The translations under genes and the position numbers were made by a program. DNA of 64,000 nucleotides from Bugula neritina (lineage: Eukaryota > Animalia > Bryozoa): positions 7,979,929 through 8,043,928 of the forward strand of contig OZ037769.1 in NCBI GenBank assembly GCA_964035545.1, given 5' to 3'. Below, one piece after another: positions 1-10,649 of the stretch. Every line of letters starts with the position of its first letter. The stretch's first letter is position 1. Below the pieces are notes generated by a model. It was not told where the DNA came from. It searched no databases and saw only the letters and a program-made list of their open reading frames with translations.

Positions 1-1863
1 TCTCTGGTAGCTTTGGTTTCTTAGGTACTTGGCATGGTCAGCAGCAAAACTCCAGAAAGTCTTGGGAAGATCTGAACTTTTGAGTAGGCATCGTACTGTG
101 TCCATTATGGTACGCCAGGTCCTCTCTGATTTACCATTCTAGTATGATGAGTAGGGGGCTGTAGTGGTGTGTTTGATTCCCATCTCACGTAACACGGCTT
201 CAAATGACTGTCCAAGGTACTCCATGCCGTTGTCAGTGTGGATCTCCTTCACATTTCCTATAGGTGCCGTATCTGCAATGAATTGCTCAAGTGCAGTGGT
301 GGCGTCACTTTTGTGTCGTATATTGTAGGTAAACAACATACTAGAAAATTCATTTATGAAGTTTATTATGTAGTTTTGTCCACCTCTAACAGTTGATGTG
401 ATGGGTCCGCATAAGTCAGAGTGTACGCTTTGCATAGGCTGTGTAGCTAGTTAAGGATTGTGGCCTTGTTTGTGAGGTTGTTTGGTGATTTTGCTTTCAT
501 CACATGTCTTGCATGCAATTTTTTTATTTTGCTCCTGTTATGGTCATACCAGTTGTCACTTTCTCCAGCTCAATTATGTCATAGGTGTTCATGTGACCTA
601 GTGCCTTGTGCCAATTGGGCAGCGATTTTGCAGTATTCATTGAGTCACCTGCATTGGTTGTCTTGAAGAAGTACAATCTGCCTTTGGGCATAATTGGAAA
701 AGTTGTCCTGTTGACTGTTAGTATATTTTTCTCTTTGGAGAAATTTACTTTTGCCCCTTTTTGTGTGGCGGCATGGACTGAAAATAGGCTTGTTGGTATT
801 GTTGGTGCCAGCAAAGCGTCTTTTAGATGAATCTGCTGCTCCATATTGTTGTCATCAGTAATAGTAAACTCAATGTAGTGGTTGTCCGGCTTGAAAGTTT
901 TATCAAAACTAATGGAGTTGTTTTCATTGTTGACTAGATGACTTGTCGTTCCGCAGTCCACCATCAGCAACTGTCCGTCTTGACTTTTATTTTGTGTGGC
1001 TATGTTGCATTGGTTTGATGCATTCACAGTGAAGGCATATGTGGCGTTTGCAGATGAAATTTCAGTTTTATTTGCCTTTTTCTTTGTCTAGCAAACTGAT
1101 TCAATATGTCCAGTTTTCTTGCAGTAATTGCAGAATAGTTTGGGTTTTGAATAACAATCTTTTGTGGAATTATTTTTACCACAAGCCATGCATTGTTTAT
1201 CACGTTTGTTTGTGGATTTGAAATTGTCTCTTCCTTTAAATACCATGGCTGTAGATTGAGAGCACCGAGCTGACTCGGTAACGTCAAAGTTGGTTAGAGC
1301 TGCTTTGAACTCTGATAGGGTTTGATTTTTGTCAAGTTGCGTATGCACTACAACAAAAGGCTGGTAGGATGTTGGTAATCCTTTCATGATCATTGCGATC
1401 ACCAAATTGTCACTAATATTTTCCCCAGCAGACTTGGGGCCTGCTAATAGTTCTCAGCACGAATCAGGTAATCTATAATGTCTTCTGTATCGTTCATTTT
1501 TACAGTTGTAAGTTGTTAATAAGGAGTTGATACTCTAGGCTTTTGTGTACTTGCATAATGTTCTTTTAGAATTTCGAATGCTTTCCTTCCATCGTCTTTG
1601 GCATCTCTCATCACAAGTTGAAGAGACTTTTCGTCTAAAACTTGTACCAGCTCAGCGTAGGCTCGCTTGTTCTTTTTGTTGAAATCAGCAGCATTTTCCT
1701 TTTCTTCTTCTTTGGGTAAAAGGGCGGTGTATACACCTCCATCTTGTGTGTACAAGTATGAAGTGAATCTTTTTTCCCAAATTGAGAAATTTTTTGAGTC
1801 ACCATCAAAGAGAAGTGTGTGTTTGAAGCCACCGGGCCCATAACCTGTTGAATGTGTGGCCAT
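1..1863 (-). pseudogene. copia gag-pol polyprotein, broken by frameshifts and stops
   Basis: Fragments 1516-1863, 1088-1405, 524-1027 and 139-435. After the TAG at 139-141 the frame continues as NGKSERTWRTIMDTVRCLLKSSDLPKTFWSFAA to the window edge. Confidence 0.9.
1832..1845 (-). promoter_or_regulatory. Primer-binding site complementary to the anticodon arm of initiator tRNA-Met (half-tRNA priming)
   Basis: Minus strand GGTTATGGGCCCGG directly after the LTR-terminal CA. It matches 13/14 of the complement of tRNAiMet CUGGGCCCAUAACC, and the mismatch is a G:U pair. This is the Drosophila copia/yeast Ty5 type of PBS. Confidence 0.85.
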
Positions 1864-2119
1864 TGTGTAAAGTATTAATTATAAAATATGATATTTATTG
1901 CTGAGTTAACTTATCGAGCAAACTGACTGACTGATTTAATTAATTGATAAGAAGATATTTATTAGAATGAAAAACAGCAAGATGGTTTGTAATACATAAA
2001 ACGGAAGAGACGGGGTAAAACAAGTATGCAGCGATTCTAGTGCAAAAATTAGTTAGTATATAGTCACGTGATTGTCATGAATGTGATTAGCGATAGGATC
2101 GCATGATTGTTTCTCAATA
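1846..2119 (-). repeat. 5' LTR of the copia element (~274 bp)
   Basis: Minus strand reads TATTGAGAA...CATTCAACA, an imperfect TG..CA inverted terminus with one mismatch at the 5' end. It abuts the PBS and contains TATATA and AATAAA on the minus strand. The 5' boundary cannot be confirmed because the 3' LTR is outside the window. Confidence 0.7.
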
Positions 2120-2848
2120 GTTTCGACTTGCGTCACTTGGGTTCTGTGACGAATTTGCTAGCAGAAAGTTTTATGAATACTTTAGAGTACTTCCTTCAGC
2201 CATATGTTATGATTTACCTACTGTCACATACATCCAAATACTCTTGGCAGGCAGTTCTAATATCCTGACACTATGTTATAATAGTATAGTGATGGTATGT
2301 GACAAGATGATGCTGACTTGTAATGTATTGCAATATTGATTTATTTGGTGCAACTACTAAGAATATAAAAGGATAATAACACTAAAATTTAGCAGCTAAC
2401 TAATTCTTAGCAAGAACTACACAAGCATTATATATAGATGCTGACTATTACAATAATAAGGAACTGCATCATTCGCATAGATCTACTAATTATAACTATC
2501 AGTTATAGCAAGACGTGAGCTCTAGTTGACATTATAACAGGGTGGCACCCTTCCCATTGTTCAAATATTAAATTTCCATTTGCATAATTTGAATCATGGC
2601 TGCTAAATGATACCATGATGCTAGAGCAGTCAAGACTTCTGAAATGAACCTCATAACAACAAATAATGCTTTCAGTTGATTGTAGTGTTTTACCTGAAAG
2701 CTTAAGATGCGCACAATGTTAACTCTTGTTTGTTTTTCATTCAGGTACTGACTTTTAAAGGCTTTTCTGCAAACGACTGCTTGAATTGGCTATATGAAAC
2801 AAGTTGCACTAAGGGAGTCGTTCACTTTTTTTTATTCCAGGTTCAGTT

Positions 2849-5592
2849 ATGTTGTTGAAATTGTGCCAGAGACCTCTTACTAGTGGAGTAAGTTCTTTGA
2901 AGCACTGGTCTGTTTATTATTCATCTATTATGATGAATAGTTCAGTCACAAACTCAATAAGCTCTTTTGAAACCAGTATAGATGGAGACAAGATCCACCA
3001 TCAATCAGCTGGTAATGGACCTCACCACCTGCTTCTTCTGCCTGGTGCACTTGGCTCTGCTACCACAGACTTCTTACCTCAACTCTCCAAACTAAATGGG
3101 GATCTTTTCACCATACATTGTTGGGATCCACCTGGCTATGGAAAAAGTAGACCACCCAACAGGTCATGGCCAGACAAGTTTTTTAACAGGGATGCTACTT
3201 CTGCAGCAAGTCTAATTAAAAATTTAGGTATATCATATCCTACATGTCTACATTTATATGACCAAATATGCTATATATGGAATTTTTGCCATTTTAAAAC
3301 AGTTTGTTGTTTACATATCTACATTTTTGACAGATGTAGGTAATCTGTCATTGGTTGGGTGGAGTGACGGAGGAATAACAGCACTGGTTATGGCAGTACT
3401 CTATCCACACCTCATAAATAAAATGGTTTTGTTTGGATGCAATGCGTATATTACCGAAACTGATGTTAAGTATATCGAAGGCAAGTCAAACCGATTTCTC
3501 TGTAGAATCTTCCACTGCTGCTATCAATTAAGTCAAACTAGAGCTTCATAACCAAATTTCCCAATAGTGAAAACTGCTCACAGATGTCACAATAAGATTA
3601 TTTTGTGTACACTTCATACAGTCAAAATGCTGAAGGAATACTAGAAAAACTTCCTAGTCATGTATTAGGCTGTTGATGTTTAAACTATTTTATTGTAAAT
3701 TAGTGAAAATAGCATTGAGATTTTAAAATGAAGTAACAGTAAAGCCATTGGCCATTTGAGTTTCACTTTGCCTGACACCATATTGTGTCAGCGGGAGCAA
3801 TATTTCGCCCCAACTTCATTACAAACAGAAGGTCTAGACTCTAGGCTACAAAATGTTTCGAATAGAAGTGCTAGATTTTACCTCAACTATGTGTTAGAAT
3901 ACACAGAAAATACATTGATATAATCAGCAATATGTACAAATATTGGCCACAAAGTTTCTTTCCATCATTATTATCACTTGATTTATGTTGTTTTTGTCCT
4001 ATTATTCATATTAAATGGAGAAATGGTCTCTACAATATATGTTATAGCACTTAGTACATGCATGCTGAATTTTGCTAGAGTTACTGTTAACTTTATACTT
4101 TATGTTTATTTTAAAGGTATGCTTAACCAGAGTTCCCATAATTTAAAATAATCTTTGTTTTTTACGTAAATTTACTACATAACTAATACATAGTTATAAT
4201 GCAATATGTCCAAGCTAGCTATGATATGCATAAACTTTGTAGATATCCGTGATGTGGATAAATGGAGCCCCCGTATGCGAGCACCAATGGAAGATGTTTA
4301 TGGGAAGGAGCACTTCAAGGAGCTGTGGAATGGGTGGATTGATGCCTACTCGTCTTATTTGACAAACCATAATGGTGATATAGTAAAGGAACGGGTGAAG
4401 GAGATTAAGCACCACACCCTCATAATACATGGGCAGGTTGGTTGACACTCCCTTTTCATAAGACAGGTTTTTTACATCCAGCAGAACTCTAAATAAGACC
4501 TTAATTACAAGTTGGGAAATTCTGTTTAGCACTAATGTGTAATGCTTGTCTCAACTCATTCTTTTAACCACGCGTATGTTTGTGTTAGCTTCAGGGAAAT
4601 TTATCTTGTTTTAAGCAGTTTTAACACTTTTGTGCATAAAATATAAATAAAACGCACTGAAAAAGTGCTTTAACCACATGTGCCTGTATGAACCAGTTTC
4701 AGTGCCTTTTCATATGTTTTGGGCCATTTTCGCACAAAATTTCATCACTACGCTCTGTGGTGTGAGTTTCAGCTAGTTACAGTGCATTTTTGATTTATCT
4801 TGGTCCGATCTGTTTTGATACATTTGTGCACAAAATGTAGCCAATACGCACATAAGTGGATAAGGGAGGTTTGAGTGCGTTTATTCACTCGTATGCATTT
4901 TTTGTCGTTGCAGTGCAGTTTCTCTTGTTTTGAGTGGTTTTAACCCGTTTGTGCAAAAATATATGAATTATATCCTTGTAAATCCCTGTCGACTACTTGT
5001 TAAGTTTATATAATATGATGTGTGCATATCTTCTCGAGAATAAAATATGTTAGTGCAGTTATTTTAATGTTTTTTACCAAACTCTCTTTGTTAAAGTAAA
5101 ATAATGTTTGTATGATCCCCTTTGATAGTTATTGCCATTCTGTCTTAACCATGTGACATAATGAGTGAAGTGACACGGGTAGTCATGTGACGTATTTGGT
5201 CACTTGTGTAATGCAATTCAGGAAGTGTATGTTTTACCTTGCAGCGTACACTTGCAGGAGTTGCCTTTTCTCTGAATAATAATTTGCTTACAATCCTGCA
5301 TACTTCTGTACCAGCTAAAATACATGGGGAATTCTTACAGCTGTAGTCAAACTGCTGTAATTTATGGAATAAAACCACTCTATTAAGGAAGAGCTATATT
5401 TTTTGTAATCATATTAATTTGTGTTTACAGAAAGATGCATTAGTACCACAAGAGCATCCTGACTATCTTCATTCACAAATAGCAAACTCAAGACTAATTA
5501 ACTGGCCTGAGGCTAAACATAACCTGCACTTGAAATATGCTGATGAATTTAATGAACTCATCACAGAATTTCTCACCGAGGACTCCTCTTAA
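2849..5592 (+). CDS. BPHL: Valacyclovir hydrolase / biphenyl hydrolase-like alpha/beta hydrolase
   Basis: Exons 2849-3227, 3334-3480, 4243-4436 and 5431-5592 join in frame. Motifs LLLLPGALGS, WDPPGYGKSRPP, nucleophile GWSDGG, IIHGQKDALVP and KHNLHL match BPHL. Intron 2 has a GC donor. Confidence 0.93.
4600..4965. repeat. Degenerate ~100-120 bp tandem repeat in BPHL intron 3
   Basis: A recurring TGTTTT...TTTGTGCA(C/T/A)AAAAT core near 4631, 4731, 4825 and 4950. The first and last copies share TCTTGTTTT-RAGYRGTTTTAAC. Confidence 0.45.
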
Positions 5593-6465
5593 TATCAAAT
5601 TATGAAAATAAATTCCAAATTTATACTTGCTTCAAGGTTACAGGCACTTTTCTTGTATTTATATACAACTGTTTTTAGTCATTTTGCTTTATAGCATGTA
5701 CAGTATTTTTTATTACGAATTGTCATTTCTCTTGTTTAAATAAATACTGAAATGAAAATGAACACTTCTATTATGCATCCTGAAGTTTCTTATAACTTTC
5801 ATAAAATGTTACTTTCCAAAAAACATGTTTTATGAACAAAGTGTATGCAAGTATATCTGAAAAAAAATTATAGTCACTACAAAAAAGAGATTAATTTTAT
5901 TTTAAAATTATGTTGAATTCGAGGAATAAAAATAGCAGATATCTATTACTTGCATTACACGGTTGCACTAAGATCTAAGTAAGTAAATACTGCGTACATG
6001 AAGATAGCATGATTTATTTATCCATCGCTGAGCATAATTCAATAATTTTGCTATATTCTGGGCAATATTTTGTGTTTGTTCTTGCAATTAGGATGATACT
6101 TTGGGTATCGTAGTAGTCCATAACCATAAGATGGACAAGTGTATCAACTGGCCAATGCATACTATTCAACAGATGATAGAGCTTTGTCAAATGTAGTTTT
6201 TTATTAATTATCTTTCATAACATGCATGGAATAGAATGTTGGTATGAAAAATAACGAAATATTTGAATACTATTATGATGCAATGAAATGGAGTACACAC
6301 AAGCTTACAGCATGATGCTGATAAAATCTGTCTCGAAATTTGTCAACAAGAAAAGTGAAATGAGGTATAATAGAATTAGTAACTTGGCACAAGGAAAGCA
6401 GTATCGGGATAGATATGAAAGTCCCAGACGAGTTAGTGTGACAGAAAGGCAATGCTAGGCATGAG

Positions 6466-9400
6466 TTACTTCTTTCTTCCTCCACCTCCATTGGCCAATA
6501 TCATAGCAATTCTTATAAAGATGTTTATGGCATCCATGTATATTGACATGCAGCTGCAAGTATACAAAATAATATATCATTACAATGACATTCACGCGAG
6601 AACATAATTTCAACGGAGCATTTGAACACGGATACTGCTATGTAACCTAATGTACTAGAGAGTATGTACTAAAGAGTATGTACTAGTGAGTATGTACTAG
6701 TGAGTATGTACTAGTGAGTATGTACTAGAGAGTATGTACTAGTGAGTATGTACTAGTGAGTATGTACTAGTGAGTATGTATTAGTGAGTATGTACTAGTG
6801 AGTATGTACTAATGAGTATGTACTAGAGAGTATGTACTAGTGAGTATGTACTAGTGAGTATGTATTAGTGAGTATGTACTAGTGAGTATGTACTAGTGAG
6901 TATGTACTAGTGAGTATGTACTAGGGAGTATGTACTAGTGAGTATGGAGTATGTACTAGTGAGTATGTACTAGTGAGTATGTATTAGTGAGTATGTACTA
7001 GTGAGTATGTACTAGTGAGTGTGTACTAGAGAGTATGTACTAGTGAGTATGTATTAGTGAGTATGTACTAGTGAGTATGTACTAGGGAGTAAGTATTAGT
7101 GAGTATGGAGTATGTACTAGGAAGTATGTACTAGTATGTGCTAGTGAGGATATTAATGAGGATGTACTGGTTTGAGTATTGATATTGTATAGCCAAAATC
7201 TCAACTTTCAGTATAAAAACCTGTTTGAATTGCTAAAAGCTGTCGAATAAGGCTAAATTGAAATAACTAATAGTGTTGTCATTAATAAACTAAATTTAAA
7301 TATGATAGAAGTTGTAAAAAGCTTGCAGAAATAAATTTGAATAAATTGTGTTATAAAAACATTTTTTTCTGAAAAACATCGAAATGGAAAATGAAATCTC
7401 TTTAGGTACATCTTTTGATTACAAAGAGATCAAACTTCAAAGAAAGAACATCATATTTTGAATTAAAACTGATTCACACCTATATGTCCAGGTAGGCCCC
7501 AGTGTTTACTGCAGCTTAGTGTATGTCACTGAAAATATCTCCCAAGAACAGCTAGATGTGTTATTAATCATTTGAGTAAAATAGTTACTACTTTAAGTTG
7601 CTCATTAGATACAATAACAATATAATAAAAATGCACACAAAGCATGAGAAATGTGCACCTGTTGATGGGGTCGAAAGGAGGATTTGAGTAGTATGGTGTG
7701 AGTTCAGCTTTCTTCATTACTTTCTGTGTGTCATACAGCATCAACCCTGAGAATATAGCAAGTCCTCCATACACCGAGATTGAATAGAGGCCAGCTCCGA
7801 GAACCGTGGTTGGGGGTAGAAAAGCTCCAGCTGCACCATACAAAATAAAACACAAACTATTAGGAATCAAAAATAATACACCATAATGATATTAATGAGT
7901 TTATGATAAAAGTAGTGGAGTGTATAGTCTGTAAAGGAATTTTACAATAGTGACAATTATACAGCCTGAAGGAAATGTTACAATCACTTTTACAATACCT
8001 GAGCTCCAGGAACAGAAATACGCTCTAAACATTTAACACAATTAAAAATCCTAGCTGATGCTAAAGTTCAAGACAACATATAAACATATAAAAGTAGGGT
8101 ATGAGGTATAGAGATACTTGCCCAGACTAGACACAAACACCAGTCCAAACCCCATTCCCAGAGGAGCTCCCCAGCTGAGGAACTTCTCACTCGGTGCACA
8201 GACGGCAATGGAAGAAAGTCCTGCAGAATATAATTCACAAGTCCACGTTTTTCACAAACTAATCAAGAGTCTAGACGGATTTAAATAACTGTGTTGTTGT
8301 CACAACTATACTTCACCTGTTTCAGACCAGTAGATAAAAGCAGTGACTACAAGACAAGTACTGAATATAGAATATAGAATATAGCATGTGATGAAAGTGA
8401 GTGATAACAACTATCAGTTTTATAATACCATAGACTTGAAAGCCAACTGAAATCTTCATCAGCAATCAATCAGAAATCTCAAATTAGTTCAAAATATGTT
8501 TGCACAAAATTTATTATAAAGCAACAGTTTTTGAGCGTACAACTCTATAACAGTTTGTAGATGAGAGCCAAGATATATATAAATGTTCTGATACAGCATA
8601 AATGTAGTGTGTTGGAGATTCTTTAATATTGAAACGCATGTGAGTCTCACCTCCAACAACACCTGCTGTATACATTGCAGCTCTGGTTAGCAGAGGTCCA
8701 CCCAGAACACACAGGGGGGCTATAACAGCCCCGACTGTGGCACTATGAAGTATCCAGGCTAACTGCTTGGCACCGAAGTTTTCTGTGTATGGGATAGATT
8801 GGCAGAGCATACTAGTGCCTACCATGGCTCCAACGGATACTAGCATACCCTGGTAATATTACAAGGTAGGATAACTCCTTCACTACACATGAAAACTGTG
8901 CAACTCAAATAGCCCAGTAGTCTGTATCATGATATAATACCCTACTTAAGTGTGTGGTTGGTTGATATCATTTAGAAGCACACACTAGTTAAGAGTGAAA
9001 AGAACCTTAAAAACTTTCTAAAATATTATTTAGCCATTTCCAAGTTATTTTAGAGCTCTCAAACAAACATCAGCCAATTGTAAAAAGAGATTAAATGCTT
9101 TCATTGTATGTTGATGAAACATACAATCCATGTCATATAGCAGATCACATATGTAAAATGTAGCTCAATTACTTTCTATATAGTACTCTACTTATACTAC
9201 TGGCTGTGCTTGTTTATGACATTAATGTGTGTAGCTGAAGAGCATTTCTATAATAGAAATAGTACTTCCTATTTCATAGAATGCTATCACACGCAATGCT
9301 ATATATAGAAAGTCTAGATAAAAATAACAATCAACGAAATACATGTGTTTGGTTGCTCACTACACCGAAGTTTCCAATGACAGCAAGTATAACACACAGC

Positions 9401-10649
9401 TAATAGAGAGACTTGGTTCTGCATACCATGAAACCTTGATAAGAGACGAGTCGAAGGAGTGCAGGAGTTCTGAACACAGCAGTGGCTGCAGCTGCACTGA
9501 CACACAGACTTCCTCCAAAATACAAGTAAGTTGTCTTGATCCTGTCTTTAACATACTGTGGCCACATTCTACAGTGAGAACAGTGAGTATATAGAGGTAG
9601 GAAGGCAAGTATATGGTAGTTATATTATAGTAACTATAACTTGTATGATATATACAACTTATAGTGCTCAGTTCAGTCAGTAGTCCCAGTGGTGTAATGG
9701 TTAGAACGCCTGCATGCAAGCCGGGGGTCTTGGGTTCGAATCCCAGTGGAGGCAGTTATTTTATACAGCTATTATAGTAAATACGTATCCCACAACATAC
9801 TATAAATTAAATACATACAGTAAGTTGTGAGTATATCTTTTACTTACAACTTTGAAATATATGATTTTAATTTCAAATTATAAAAAGTTATAAAAAGTAA
9901 GGGAAGCTTACAAGAGTAGCCGAGTCAAAATATGCAAAAAAACAACTGTGGTTTATACGCCAACAAACAACTTTTAGTATAACTTTAACAAGCTTCCAAT
10001 AAAATAAAACTTTCACCAAACTATATATTGTTGATGTAGAAACTTAAAACGTGTGATTAAGTTGGGAGAGTTTGCCATATGTGCAGTAGTTTATTACTTG
10101 TAACTAAAAATGTAATGATGTATTGCTTATATTTATAACAAGACAATTTAGCTCATTGCTTACTGCATTAAAAGAGCATAGTAGACATATCAGAAATGCT
10201 TACAGAGATTTCTCCCGGACTCCTACATCTCCACCCATACCCAATCCATAGAAACATAAGGCTCCAATGCCAAGTGCAGCGCTTCCAGCAACAACCCCTC
10301 TTCCAATGCCAAACGCTGTAACACATTCAGCTTAGTGACCGAGTGTAAAACATGCAAGTGAATAAAGCACAAATGTATGTTCTGAAATAACAAGGAGATA
10401 TGTGTTTCTTTTCATATAAAGTAACTTATCTATAAGCTGACCTGGAGCAGCCAACTTACCATTATTACCAGCTGGTGCCATCAATTTCTCCTTCAGTGAC
10501 GTCTGCTTAGTGCCAACACGGCCGCCAATCTGAGTGCTTCGGGCGGCATTTCTGGTATGTGTTACGATGTTTGACTTGAAGCCTACCTGAGGGTGAAACA
10601 GGTTTCTAGCAGAGCTTCTACACAATACACCTACCTGAGTAGCAAGCAT
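6466..10649 (-). CDS. GHITM: Growth hormone-inducible transmembrane protein (TMBIM5/MICS1, Bax inhibitor-1 family)
   Basis: Exons 10460-10649, 10204-10315, 9427-9568, 8651-8849, 8122-8220, 7659-7830 and 6466-6553 join in frame. Motifs GIGALCFYGLG, WPQYVKDRI, CAPSEKFL, FLPPTT, LYDTQKV and DPINSCMSIYMDAINIFIRIA..GGGRKK*. The N-terminus is basic and presequence-like. Confidence 0.95.
6652..7140. repeat. 14-bp minisatellite (GTGAGTATGTACTA)n, ~35 copies, in the last GHITM intron
   Basis: Directly visible head-to-tail array with few variants and no spacers. Confidence 0.95.
9683..9754 (+). pseudogene. tRNA-like sequence (pseudo-tRNA or tRNA-derived SINE head), antisense in GHITM intron 2
   Basis: A box TGGTGTAATGG and B box GGTTCGAATCC with an intact T-arm. 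The acceptor stem has two mismatches and the anticodon stem one (nominal anticodon GCA). TTTT follows at 9759-9762. Confidence 0.7.

Larger units (their letters stand above)
1..2119 (-). mobile_element. Decayed Ty1/copia LTR retrotransposon, 5' part (LTR-PBS-gag-PR-IN), continues off the left edge
   Basis: Minus-strand domain order is gag (zinc knuckle CNYCKKTGHIESVC), protease (VDCGTTSHL), GAG-pre-integrase (WHKALGHMN), then integrase core (VHSDLCGP...HTDNGMEY...TAPYS*NGKSER). Integrase directly after protease is the copia order. LTR and PBS lie upstream. Confidence 0.95.

Noticed and set aside
6652-7140. CRISPR-like array
   Set aside because: Head-to-tail 14-mers without unique spacers, no cas genes, and a eukaryotic intron context.
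9683-9754. Functional tRNA-Cys(GCA) gene
   Set aside because: Acceptor and anticodon stems are mispaired and the D arm is not Cys-like. Kept only as a tRNA-derived element.
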